A stretch of DNA of 60,830 nucleotides, counting the filler, from Stramenopiles sp. TOSAG23-3 (lineage: Eukaryota), in the NCBI GenBank assembly GCA_900128585.1. It is 6 parts of 6 records of this genome, joined end to end, with 100 filler letters (N's around TTAATTAATTAA, not from the genome) between each part and the next. Parts side by side here need not be neighbours in the genome. Positions count along the whole stretch, not along the records: positions 18,401 to 36,600 come from LT642432.1; positions 36,701 to 54,839 come from LT642433.1; 4 more parts are not named here. The stretch is one strand, 5' to 3'. Position numbers and translations under genes: made by a program. The notes beneath the pieces were generated by a model, which was not told where the DNA came from, made no database searches, and was given only the letters and a program-made list of their open reading frames with translations. Numbering within the stretch: the first letter of the stretch is position 1; every line of letters begins with the position of its first letter. Shown here piece after piece: positions 33,782 through 43,624 of this stretch.

Positions 33782-35128
33782 ATGGGGGCGTACTTTTCTA
33801 GACTGTTCCAAGCAGTGCGAAAGAACCCATTTTTATCTGGGGTGACTTTTTCACTTTTGCTGTTGTTGAGAATTCCCAACTCGCGGAAAATTAAAGGGGC
33901 GGAAAAAATCGTTGCCTATTCTGCGTTCTTAAAGTCTTTGCAAGCTGGCAAAATCATAAAAGTGCTGTTTTCGCACAACTCGGTTCAGGGTAACGGAGCC
34001 TACAAGTTTTGGACAAAAGACCTGCCAGATGCGGTGCAGCACACAATACCAATCACGGAAAGTAATGTTGGGGCTGGCTTAGTGAAAGTAATGCAGAAGC
34101 AAGAAGTCAATTTCTCTGTCGGGTCACCGCCCTTGAAATCAAAGTTATTGCCCGTTCTTGTTGCCAGCCTACCGTTCGCGTATTTGCTTGCAATGGGTGG
34201 TTTATTCTACAAAATTTACAAAGATACTGTTGGTGACGTCGGCGAAGAGACTGGCGCCCATAATTCTTCCAGTGGCGACGGGCATATTCCCCGGGTAACA
34301 TTTAAAGATGTCGCCGGTATTGACGAGGCAAAAGCTAGGGTTGTTGAAGTGGTAGACTTCATCAAGCACCCTGAAAAGTACGAGCGTTTAGGTGCACAAT
34401 TAAGCAAAGGAATCTTGTTGGTAGGACCTCCAGGGACTGGGAAAACGTTGCTCGCTCGGTGCATTGCCTCTGAGGCGAACGTCCCTTTCTTTTATTGCAG
34501 CGGTAGCGATTTCGTTGAAGTATATGCCGGGCGCGGTGCTAGCAGGGTTCGTTCGTTGTGGAAACGAGTGCGAAAGAGTAGCCCTTCTTTGCTATTTATT
34601 GACGAGTTGGATGCTCTTGGGGGCGCCCGTGGTCAAGGGTTCAGTGGAAACGAGGAGCGAGAGCAGACGCTGAACCAGTTGTTAACGTGTATGGACGGTT
34701 TTGATACAAAAAACAGTGGGGTTGTAGTGATTGGAGCCACGAACAGGTTCCAAATGTTAGATCGTGCTCTATGTCGTCCAGGAAGATTTGATCGTATCAT
34801 TAAAGTCCCACTGCCAAACTTCAGCGGGCGAAAAGAAGTTCTAAAGGTCCACCTCAAAAACAAACCATGCTTGACTACCAGGCTGAATTTTGATGTACTG
34901 GCTCGTGAAACCAAGTCATTTTCTGGAGCGGAGCTGGCGCACGTTGCAAACGAGGCAGCGATTGCTGCGACTTTGTGCGATGCCAGCGGAATTGAACAGC
35001 GGCACATTGAACTCGCAATTGCGCAGTACAAAAATTCAAGAGCGATGCCTGAAGAGAACAGCAACGAACAAGCAGAATTTGACCTTCACGATATGCTGAG
35101 ACACTTGTCGCGGACTGCGAATTCATGA
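33782..35128 (+). CDS. FtsH-like membrane AAA ATPase lacking the M41 protease domain
   Basis: Two TM segments flank an FtsH_ext-like region. VTFKDVAG, GPPGTGKT, LFIDELDA, EREQTLNQLL, RPGRFDR and FSGAELA are present. The ORF ends ~35 aa after the lid with no HExxH. Confidence 0.9.
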   Translation: MGAYFSRLFQAVRKNPFLSGVTFSLLLLLRIPNSRKIKGAEKIVAYSAFLKSLQAGKIIKVLFSHNSVQGNGAYKFWTKDLPDAVQHTIPITESNVGAGLVKVMQKQEVNFSVGSPPLKSKLLPVLVASLPFAYLLAMGGLFYKIYKDTVGDVGEETGAHNSSSGDGHIPRVTFKDVAGIDEAKARVVEVVDFIKHPEKYERLGAQLSKGILLVGPPGTGKTLLARCIASEANVPFFYCSGSDFVEVYAGRGASRVRSLWKRVRKSSPSLLFIDELDALGGARGQGFSGNEEREQTLNQLLTCMDGFDTKNSGVVVIGATNRFQMLDRALCRPGRFDRIIKVPLPNFSGRKEVLKVHLKNKPCLTTRLNFDVLARETKSFSGAELAHVANEAAIAATLCDASGIEQRHIELAIAQYKNSRAMPEENSNEQAEFDLHDMLRHLSRTANS

Positions 35129-35272
35129 AAAAAGAATTAACCTATTAAAGATATCGGTCTTGTCATCAGCTCGGAGTTATGAGCATGAGGATGTAATAAA
35201 AAAAACAAATTATTAATATAGTGTACATGCTTTAAGATAAGATAAAACTGAGGAAATATTTTAGTTTTTTTT

Positions 35273-36598
35273 TTATTTCTTGCGGTCGGGAAAAGGCTTC
35301 ACAATAATATCATCCCTGCGCTTGACTCTTTCTCGCAAAAATACCTCGTAGAAACCAATCATTGTCAAAGGGAAGAGGACTAAGGTCAAAATCGCTATCA
35401 AAACGATTATTGCATAAACTGCATCGACACCGCCGTGCCTGTTTTCCCTGAGCTTTGGCAAACTGTCTAGTGGAGAAAAGGCTGGTTCTGGCTCTTTTTT
35501 TGTAGTTGCCAATACATCGGCTTGTCTTTGAAGACTTTCAATGGCTCTAGTTTGTTCGTTTGCTGCGGCAATTAAGATAGCGCTTATTTTTCCGTATTGC
35601 ACAGATTTAAAGCCGTCCTTGTTGGTAATCACAACACTAGGGAAAACTTTTTCAACTTCTTGCGCAATTACTCCCAACTGCTCTTCAGGGGGGAAACTTT
35701 TTTCTGGGTATTCGCCCGTTCGATAATTGTAATAAACACCACGCACTCTTTTTAGCAGTTGGCACGAATTGTTTAATTGGCGAATATGCTTCTTCCACCT
35801 TCTGTCCGAGGAGGATGCCACTCCATTCGTCGATGTTATGTTTCCTTTAACGTTCAAAGCTCCCCCGATACCAACTCCGCCACTTACAACTAATGCTCCA
35901 GATTCTGTGCTCGTAGACACTGTCTCAGACGTTAGCTGAACGACACCAGACGCCTCCAGGGTCGTAACTCCAGAAACTTTTCCATTGTCGAAAATCACAT
36001 TTTCAATGCTTACTTTTTGGCTCGTGGATGTAATGCTCAAGTCAGAGTCTCCAGTGTGTTCGATCTCATTGCCTTCCACGGTAACTTTACCTACCACTGT
36101 CAAAGATGACAAAGACCCCACGCTTGTCAGCGCTGAGCTTAAAACGGTGCTACCTAGGGTATCCTTTGATAAAACTGTAGTGCCGCCTATAGAATACACA
36201 GCATTTGTGGATTCTAAGTCGAGTTTTTGTTTATTCAATGTCACGATTTTATCTACAGAGCCACCGTCCGCAGTGTATAATAAAAAATCCCCAACTTCGC
36301 TTCCAGCATTTGCGTTGGAGAGAACTGCTTCTAACTTGGCAACGACTACTGGATTCCCATCGGTATTTTCAGACTCAAATGAGATTCCGACCCCGATGCC
36401 AGCTTGACCGTTCCCACCATCACTAGTCGTATGAGATAAAGTCAACAAATCCACTCCATCGTTATTAACTGTGTCTTCTTTTTCGGCTAGAATTTTAGAT
36501 CCTTTTATTTCACCTAGAGACGAGTACACCACGGCTTTGCTGTTGACAACCGCTCCTGCAGACGATCCGTCTAGAAGGTTCAACTCCGCTGTGGTGCT
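35273..36598 (-). CDS. Tail-fibre-like protein with peptidase S74 intramolecular chaperone domain, coiled coil and C-terminal TM helix (5'-partial)
   Basis: SSDRRWKKHI, VRGVYYNY, LGVIAQEVEKVFPSVV and KSVQYGKISAILIAA form the S74 signature. Upstream motifs AELNLLDG..NSKAVVY, SSALTSVGSLSSLTV and STSTESGALVVSGGVGIGG. TM helix AVYAIIVLIAILTLVLFPLTMIGFY. Frame is open to the contig edge. Confidence 0.85.
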   Translation of the reverse strand, partial: STTAELNLLDGSSAGAVVNSKAVVYSSLGEIKGSKILAEKEDTVNNDGVDLLTLSHTTSDGGNGQAGIGVGISFESENTDGNPVVVAKLEAVLSNANAGSEVGDFLLYTADGGSVDKIVTLNKQKLDLESTNAVYSIGGTTVLSKDTLGSTVLSSALTSVGSLSSLTVVGKVTVEGNEIEHTGDSDLSITSTSQKVSIENVIFDNGKVSGVTTLEASGVVQLTSETVSTSTESGALVVSGGVGIGGALNVKGNITSTNGVASSSDRRWKKHIRQLNNSCQLLKRVRGVYYNYRTGEYPEKSFPPEEQLGVIAQEVEKVFPSVVITNKDGFKSVQYGKISAILIAAANEQTRAIESLQRQADVLATTKKEPEPAFSPLDSLPKLRENRHGGVDAVYAIIVLIAILTLVLFPLTMIGFYEVFLRERVKRRDDIIVKPFPDRKK

Positions 36599-36600
36599 TG

Positions 36601-36700
36601 NNNNNNNNNNNNNNNNNNNNNNNNNNNNNNNNNNNNNNNNNNNNTTAATTAATTAANNNNNNNNNNNNNNNNNNNNNNNNNNNNNNNNNNNNNNNNNNNN
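36601..36700. other. Artificial contig linker
   Basis: N44-TTAATTAATTAA-N44. Confidence 0.98.
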
Positions 36701-37102
36701 TTATCTTCTTAGTTCTTCTTATAGTAGGTATATTTTATTATAATAAATAAGGACAAAAGTAAAAACATGTTACCCTATTGATAACACTAACATGTCCACA
36801 AAAAGTGGAGCTTTTGCAAATAGCTCTTCTTATTATAATATACACACAAAATAATTTAAACTATTTTTTTGTTGCTTTCTTCTATATCATTATTATTTAT
36901 GGTGGTAAGATTGTTGCGAAAAAGGTTTTGTAGGCCGCGATGGAAGGGTTAAAAAAATAAATAATACGAGAATCGTCTGTATTGATTTTTTTTTTCCGTT
37001 GGTTTGGTTTTGGGGATATTCAGGTGTGCCCTGCCTGCCTCCCTACCTGCCTCCCTGGCCCACCTTTTGTACCCCACCAACCCGACGCCGCGCGTGTCAA
37101 AT

Positions 37103-38026
37103 ATGGCCACGACGGGGGCTACCCCGGGTTCGTTTACCGCTTGCTCCCACGATGGTGCTGAGATGGAAGACGGATTTGTGGCAATTGAACGGGTTAAGCA
37201 GATGTTAGGCAGTGGCTCGCACTCCCTGGTCGTTTTTTTAGATTATGATGGTACGTTGAGTCCGATCGTGACTGACCCAAAGGCTGCGTTTCTTCCGGAG
37301 AAGACTAAAGTTACGTTGCAGCGTCTTGCAGGGCTTGTACCGACTGTAGTAATCAGCGGACGGGCGAAGGAGACCGTGAGGAACTTTGTACAAATCGACG
37401 ACATCATATACGCCGGAAGCCACGGCTTCAAGTTAGACGGGACGGCACAGTTTCAGCACGACCTTGAGGTTGGGTTAGACCACAAAGACATACTGACGGC
37501 AGGCTTCAGCAGATTAGAAAAGGCCGTCGCGGACGTTTGCGGGGCCCGGCTCGAGTGGAACGATTTGTGTTTCACCGTGCACTACAGGTGCGTTGGGGAA
37601 GGAGAGCAGGAATCTGTGATAAACAGGGTCCGGAAAATTGTCGAAGAAGAGTTTTGCGTGGGGAAATGGGAGGGTGGCACACCGGGGAAGGCGGTAGGGC
37701 TGGAAGTCAGGGGGGGGAAAATGGTCCTGGAGGTTCGCCCCAGCATTGATTGGAACAAGGGCATGTGCGTTTCGTGGGTTTTGGAAAAAATGGATGCTGC
37801 CCTGAAGAAAGAGAACAAGATGAGCATTTCGCTGTACATCGGGGACGATGTGACGGACGAGGATGCATTTCAGGAGCTAAAATGCAAGTACGGGGGCTTG
37901 TCGTTTGGAATCCTGGTTGCCAAGGATGGGGGGAAGGGTCTTGGGAGAAAAACCAATGCCAACTTTGTTTTGGACTCTCCCGTTGCAGTGGAATCCTTTC
38001 TCGCGGCCCTAGCCGATACACTATGA
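37103..38026 (+). CDS. Trehalose-6-phosphate phosphatase (HAD IIB)
   Basis: FLDYDGTLSPIV, ISGR, YAGSHG, VHYR, LEVRP..WNKG and YIGDDVTDEDAF motifs. Start could be 37103 or 37163. Confidence 0.93.
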   Translation: MATTGATPGSFTACSHDGAEMEDGFVAIERVKQMLGSGSHSLVVFLDYDGTLSPIVTDPKAAFLPEKTKVTLQRLAGLVPTVVISGRAKETVRNFVQIDDIIYAGSHGFKLDGTAQFQHDLEVGLDHKDILTAGFSRLEKAVADVCGARLEWNDLCFTVHYRCVGEGEQESVINRVRKIVEEEFCVGKWEGGTPGKAVGLEVRGGKMVLEVRPSIDWNKGMCVSWVLEKMDAALKKENKMSISLYIGDDVTDEDAFQELKCKYGGLSFGILVAKDGGKGLGRKTNANFVLDSPVAVESFLAALADTL

Positions 38027-38204
38027 TGACGACGAGGAAAACACGAAGGCGTGTAACAGAAGGGAAGTGGTTTGTGACGTATTTATAAAAACCTAGAAAT
38101 CAAAATTTTTATTTTTAATGACTGTAGTGGTGTGGGCAAAAATAAATTACTTTGCAAGGAAGGATGAATTTTGGAAATTTCAGTAAAATGTACCCCGTAG
38201 TCAT

Positions 38205-38303
38205 TTAAAACAAGAAAATTGGCTGTTATTATTAAAAACTGAACTCTGAATTTAAACATTCAAGGTTTACATTCCTTCATGTACTGCGAACTTATCTTTG
38301 CTC
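38205..38303. repeat. Copy of the AAAACAAGAAAATTGGCTGTTATT modular repeat
   Basis: Shares aaaacaagaaaattggctgttatt, aacattc.aggttt.cattccttcatg.actgcgaac and gaacttatctttgctc modules with the 12900 and 5983 copies. Confidence 0.85.
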
Positions 38304-38428
38304 TTTTGGTTTTCATAAAAATTAACTCTGTTCTGAATCAAGTTAAATGATGATATCACACCTAGTATATAATTTGTTTTTCACACCTAGTGCGTGGCCG
38401 ACCAATGTTCGCATATCTCGACTTACGG

Positions 38429-39319
38429 TTACAAGTTGAACCCGGCCACCTTGGATTCCTCTTCCAACACGATGTCTCTCCTTTTCGTCGAGGCTTTCTC
38501 CCCCTGCAGGCTCTTGTCGAAGGATTCAAATATGCCTTTGACAATATTCGCCGCCGCCCCGATGCACAGTTTTATGACTTTCGGGGCAACGGCTTGCTCG
38601 CCCGCTTTGTAGAGCCCGCAAATACTATTTTCACGATCCATGCATATAGTGATGGAGCTGTCGGCACACAATTCCTCCTTTTTCGTGGTGTCAATGATAG
38701 GGACGCCCCCCAACAGCCAGAGCGAGATGGACACGGGCAGCATGGATGTATCTAGTGTGCTATGGACCGTAGGGTCGTTGCTAACGTCTAATATTTTCGT
38801 GCCACCGTCGCCATCGATGACGGAGACTCTCGGCAGCACCACACTATTGAGTGCCGCGTGGGTGGCTTGGACGACGTAGTCCAACGCGTTGCCGTCGCAG
38901 CTAACTATAAAAACGTCCACGTTCAGCAGCCAGCAGTACTGGCCGGGGCAGATGCACAACTGATCTAGAAATTCCGACCCGGAAAAAATGCGCTGCAAAC
39001 GCTGCGTCAAGACGGCAGGGCTCGTGTTTGCCAGGGAAAGCCCCTCCCGTGCCTGCACGTTGCACGATATTTTACCCTGCCTCGGCGATGCAGTCTCTGG
39101 TTCAACAAAATTTGCTTTCACGGACGCGATAACATCCGTTCCATTGTAGAGTGTGGTGTGACGGGCACTCCCGTTCACGTGCAACAAAAACCCAGTCTCT
39201 ACCCTTGAAGATCTAGTGTCAAACCTACCACGCCCATCTTCCCGAACGTTCTGCTTCACCCCATCTAAAATGTACTGCTTCTCACCGGAAGAGATAGCCG
39301 CGCCAGCCGGTGTAAACAT
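38429..39319 (-). CDS. EXOSC7: Exosome complex RNase PH-like subunit RRP42
   Basis: ISSGEKQYILDGVKQNVREDGRGR, NGSAR, TDVIASVKA, LCICPGQYCWLLNVD, DGNALD and IIDTTKKEE motifs. Confidence 0.88.
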   Translation of the reverse strand: MFTPAGAAISSGEKQYILDGVKQNVREDGRGRFDTRSSRVETGFLLHVNGSARHTTLYNGTDVIASVKANFVEPETASPRQGKISCNVQAREGLSLANTSPAVLTQRLQRIFSGSEFLDQLCICPGQYCWLLNVDVFIVSCDGNALDYVVQATHAALNSVVLPRVSVIDGDGGTKILDVSNDPTVHSTLDTSMLPVSISLWLLGGVPIIDTTKKEELCADSSITICMDRENSICGLYKAGEQAVAPKVIKLCIGAAANIVKGIFESFDKSLQGEKASTKRRDIVLEEESKVAGFNL

Positions 39320-40047
39320 TGTGTATAAAATATATGTAGACGTTATCGAAAGAACCTAACCTTTCAAAACTTTACTTCAAACAAAAGTAACCGAAAGTCA
39401 ATTAAATTGTTTTGAATACTCACTCTCCAACAGTTTTCCTCAAATTCATTCTTCCTTCCAATAAAATCTGTTATAATTTATAAAATATTATTAGTATTAT
39501 ATCTAAGCTATATGGATTCACTTTCGCGGCGAGGAGGAGTGGTGGTGGTGGAGGTGTGGAAAAAAAGAAGAAAAGAAGAAAGAAGAGAAAAGAAGAGAAG
39601 AGAAGTGGTGAGGAGTGTTTTGTTTTTTGTTTTTTGTGGTTGGACGACGACAGACGACGACAGGGGGGGGGGGGGCCAAAGGCTTGATTTTGTTGTATAT
39701 ATTTACCTTACAAAAGACACATTAGAAAATATACTTCATATATTATATATAGAAATAAGATAATCAACTTATAAAGAATATAAGTACATAAGGAATTATA
39801 TACTGTTTTTAACTTGCACAAATTTTTAACCCAAAAAAAAAAAAAAAGTCCGTCCGCCGTGTCCTTCCAGCAGAGATTTTGCTTCCTGCAAGAACACCAC
39901 GATTTCTTCTTTAAGGGAACCGTACCTGGTAATTATTTCGTCTCAAACGTTGCGCGAGGAAAAGCAAAGCCACATCGGCAGCAGAACCGTTTCTTCCACG
40001 ATTTCATCGGCCGCTGCCAAGAAAGAACTCGGCACAAACTGGTTCAA

Positions 40048-41700
40048 ATGTCTACGCGGAGTCGAAAGAAGCAGAAGAAGCGAGGGGGAAAGGCCACGCG
40101 CCGTGCGGGTGGTATTGGTGGCGGTAGAGGAAACAAGATGAGCGCAGAGGAAATGTTGGAGATTCTGCTTGAAATGGAAAGAATGCACCAGGAAAAACAA
40201 AACACGCTGCCCCGAAAATGCCTGCGGTGGTCCGGCGCAATCGGAAAATTGCCCTTGGCCATGGTGTTATCCTTGTTGTTCAGTGTTTTCCCAAAGCGAG
40301 GCGAGTTTAACCCGGAAGGGGACGACGAGGGAGCAGGGAACAGCAGCGACGGCACCAACGATGGCAGAAAAGCGGGGAAATTAGTCAGCCCATTCGAGAC
40401 TTTGGGGTTAAAAGAAGAGGACAACCCGGCAGAAAAAGACATAAACAAGGCGTTCAAACAGTTGGCGCTGAAATGGCACCCTGACAAAAACAAAAATAGC
40501 GAAGAAAGCGTCAACATGATGCAGCGGTTGAACGAGGCGAAAGTACTGTGCCTCGAAAAGGTCAACGGTGGGCGCAGTGTCGACGAGGGAAGGTACGACA
40601 GCGAAGACGGGGGGGACGACCGGGAGCCCAAACGGTCCCCATCTGGGAAACCTGGTAAGGGAAAGGCCAGCGCAGAGGCCAAAGAGAGAAAAGCAGCGGA
40701 GAGGGCGTACTTTGCAGCAATGCGAAAGGCGCAAGAAGAGTATCGTCAGCGGAGAAAAGATGAGAAGAAAAAGATAAAGTCTGAAATGAAGCACCCAGGG
40801 CGGCGATTTTTCAAAGAAACCGTGGCACGCGACGCAGTGAACGCTACCATCAAGCCGACCCCCATTAAACGAACGGGAAAGGCGAGTGCCCCGAAAGAAG
40901 AATTGAACGAACCCGAACCGTTGAAGCAGATGGACACGTGTACGCACGAGGTCGCCGTCGCCGTGCGAGCAGGAGCCTCGTGCATTTTGTCGGAGTTGCT
41001 CCAAATGCGCTACCCACCGCTAAGCCACATAGACGAGAACGAGAACACCGCGTTGCACTACGTTGCTAGGTATTCTCCTGAGATGGCAAACACGATGCTT
41101 TCCATCTTAGGCGAAGATTGGCAGCCGGCAATGATGATGAAAAACAAAGATGGGAAGTTCCCCGTCAATCTCCTCAAACTACGCTCTGCAGGGGACGCCC
41201 AGGGTTCACGGATCAAGGACGAGAAGGAATTGAACATGGCGAAGTTGGGGGCCACTCGGTTGAAGCAGCTTCACGAGTCCTCCCTTACTGCCGAAAAAAA
41301 GATAGAAAAACTGAATGCGCGCGTCGTGGACCCATCGGCCCTTCTGTCCGCCTCACTTGCGTGTGTCGCTGGCGCCACCGTGTACTCGAGCACAGGAGGC
41401 GGCCTGTCCCTTCTCTCAATTTTCTTGTCCTTTATCACTGTTTTTATCGCTTTCAATATATTTGGGTTCGTAAGCCCTTGCTTGAAGCAAGAGAGAAATG
41501 AATATAACGCGCGAGGATTGAACCGGGCGACCGTTCTGGTCGCCTCACTCGCGTGCGGCGCTGGCGCCACCGTGTACTCAGGCATGGGAGGTGAACTTTC
41601 CCTTCTCTCGATTTTCTTTTGCTTTGTCACTGTTTTTCTCGTTTGGAACATGGTTCGGCTGGTGCAGGGTGGAGTCTGTAAAAAAAGCCAAAATGCGTAG
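40048..41700 (+). CDS. J-domain (DnaJ) protein with ankyrin-like repeat and duplicated C-terminal TM hairpin
   Basis: PFETLGL...FKQLALKWHPDKN...MQRLNEA; DENENTALHYVA and NKDGKFPVNL ankyrin-like motifs; two hydrophobic hairpins. First ATG in the ORF is at 40048. Confidence 0.85.
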   Translation: MSTRSRKKQKKRGGKATRRAGGIGGGRGNKMSAEEMLEILLEMERMHQEKQNTLPRKCLRWSGAIGKLPLAMVLSLLFSVFPKRGEFNPEGDDEGAGNSSDGTNDGRKAGKLVSPFETLGLKEEDNPAEKDINKAFKQLALKWHPDKNKNSEESVNMMQRLNEAKVLCLEKVNGGRSVDEGRYDSEDGGDDREPKRSPSGKPGKGKASAEAKERKAAERAYFAAMRKAQEEYRQRRKDEKKKIKSEMKHPGRRFFKETVARDAVNATIKPTPIKRTGKASAPKEELNEPEPLKQMDTCTHEVAVAVRAGASCILSELLQMRYPPLSHIDENENTALHYVARYSPEMANTMLSILGEDWQPAMMMKNKDGKFPVNLLKLRSAGDAQGSRIKDEKELNMAKLGATRLKQLHESSLTAEKKIEKLNARVVDPSALLSASLACVAGATVYSSTGGGLSLLSIFLSFITVFIAFNIFGFVSPCLKQERNEYNARGLNRATVLVASLACGAGATVYSGMGGELSLLSIFFCFVTVFLVWNMVRLVQGGVCKKSQNA

Positions 41701-41963
41701 TAAAAATAAAAAAAACGTCGTTTTGCTTTGATTAAAAAACCAAAATATATAGTATGTTTGCTTTGATTAATACTTTTTTTTAGAAAAAAAGAACAAATTA
41801 TATTTATACAGAAAAAACAAATCATATAGTATGCTATACATATGCAAAAAAACAAGGAGATCTTTTTTAATAGACACTCTATGATTTTTTTGGGCGCGAA
41901 TTTTTTTAATTGAACTCCGTGGGGGCCTCTGACAAACACGCGAGAAGGAACCAATCTCATTCC

Positions 41964-42827
41964 TCACGAATTGTTTCCGTCGCTAAGTAGCCGGTTCAAA
42001 ATGTTCAAATCCGATTGCAACAACGATAGATCCGAAGCTCGACTCTGTGGAGTTTTCGCGTCCATGATCGCGCCTTCTAAAACTTTTGCACGGCCCAGCA
42101 CCGATTGCGCTCGCTCGTTATCGAGACCCACCAGGTTGATTAAACGCTCAATGCCATGAAGTTTCCCCAGCAGCACATGCATGCGAGCATCGTCGGAGTC
42201 ATCTTCTACTATGTGGGATGCTCTTTCCATCGGGGCACTCACACCCGATGAGCTCTCAGACTTGTGTCTCGCTATTTTCGGCCCTGCTGGTTCTTTTGGT
42301 TCTTTCGGCGCTTTTGCCCGGCCCCACGCTTTGGAATGCGTTACAGGCGAGTAGACTGGACGTTTCTTTTGCCGGGCCACCCGCTTCCCCTCCGCCACCC
42401 CGCGAGCACCGTCGTGTGCCCTTCTCCGCGCTGCAGTTTTGCCTTTTTGGGATGCGGCTCTCCTTCCGTCCGGGACTGGAAGGTCAGGCACCTTGCTGGT
42501 CGGAGGGGCGGGCGGAGCAACGGGCAGGCTGGCCATATATTTTTTCATACTATTTTTCATTTTCGTTGCTGTACAATACAAGGACTCCATGTCCTGCCCA
42601 TTCTGGGCAATATCTAAAAGGTTTAAGCCGAACGTCACCGTCTTGGCATATTCCAGAACATTTCGGTCGGTGTACTCTTTCAAAGACTCAGGGTCACCAG
42701 TCTCTGGGTTAAAAAATTTTGGATATTGCACCATGGCCATAATTGTAGCTTTGCCTTCCTCTGTCAAGGCATCGACGTAATCCTCACTGTCCGACGACCC
42801 CCCCTTCAAAATACCATTCGATGCCAT
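41964..42827 (-). CDS. Hypothetical protein
   Basis: GC-rich ~287-codon ORF between AT-rich spacers; fits the alternating gene pattern. No family recognised. Confidence 0.65.
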   Translation of the reverse strand: MASNGILKGGSSDSEDYVDALTEEGKATIMAMVQYPKFFNPETGDPESLKEYTDRNVLEYAKTVTFGLNLLDIAQNGQDMESLYCTATKMKNSMKKYMASLPVAPPAPPTSKVPDLPVPDGRRAASQKGKTAARRRAHDGARGVAEGKRVARQKKRPVYSPVTHSKAWGRAKAPKEPKEPAGPKIARHKSESSSGVSAPMERASHIVEDDSDDARMHVLLGKLHGIERLINLVGLDNERAQSVLGRAKVLEGAIMDAKTPQSRASDLSLLQSDLNILNRLLSDGNNS

Positions 42828-43074
42828 GCCCAGAAACGCGGGAAATAACCCTACTCCTCTTGACAGGGCAAGTGAAACGTGCAGCACCTTACCAACCACC
42901 GTAAGCTGGGCCAAACAATTAAGAATTAAGACACGTCAAGGTGATATTGATAGACGATAAAACTCCCTATGTCCTCCCAATCATAGGCAGACGATAAACG
43001 TAAAATGACGAAAAAGAACATACGGGCAAACAAACGTTACGTGATACAAAATGAAAACGAAATTCAAATTTTTA

Positions 43075-43500
43075 TAGAAGAAGACAAGATAGAGAAGAAG
43101 AATAAAATAATAATAATAAAATGATGATGAAGGAAAGAAAAAAAAAAGAAAGAGAAAAAAAAAAAAGAAGAAGAAGAGAAGAAGAAGAAGAAGAGAAGAA
43201 GAAGAAGAAGAAGAAGAAGAAGAAGAGAGAGAGAAAAAAAGAAAGAAGAAGAAGAAGAAGAAGAAGAAGAGAAGAAGAAGAAGAAGAAGAAGAGAAGAAG
43301 ATGAAGAAGAAGAAGAGAAGAAGAAAAAAAAGAGAGAGAAAAAAAAAAAAAGAAGAAGAAGAAGAGAACTCCATCTTCATCATATCATCACATCATCATC
43401 ATGCATTATTATTATTACTTAGGTTGTGTTGAGAGAAGAAGATGCGATCGATGATTAAAAAAATCAATTAAATCTGAAGAAGAAAGAAAAAAAGCAAAAG
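43075..43500. repeat. Long (GAA)n / purine microsatellite in divergent intergenic region
   Basis: About 240 nt of almost pure A/G at 43130-43367. Confidence 0.92.
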
Positions 43501-43624
43501 AGTTTTTTGTCAGAGAGAGAGAGGAAGTTTTTACCAACGATCAAAATATATCGATGTGTACAAGAGTACATATTTTACCAGGACAATTGTTCGGGAGAAA
43601 CGCTGGTTATAACCGTGATTTCTT

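Noticed and set aside
35273-36598. Prophage or endogenous virus
   Set aside because: No capsid, terminase, integrase or polymerase genes on the contig; the neighbours look cellular and the protein has a TM tail. Sequence beyond the contig end is unknown.
43072-43432. Poly-Lys/Glu/Arg and poly-Phe/Ser/Leu ORFs (also at 8-237, 1787-2054, 46358-46770)
   Set aside because: Translations of GAA/TTC microsatellites that lack stops by composition.
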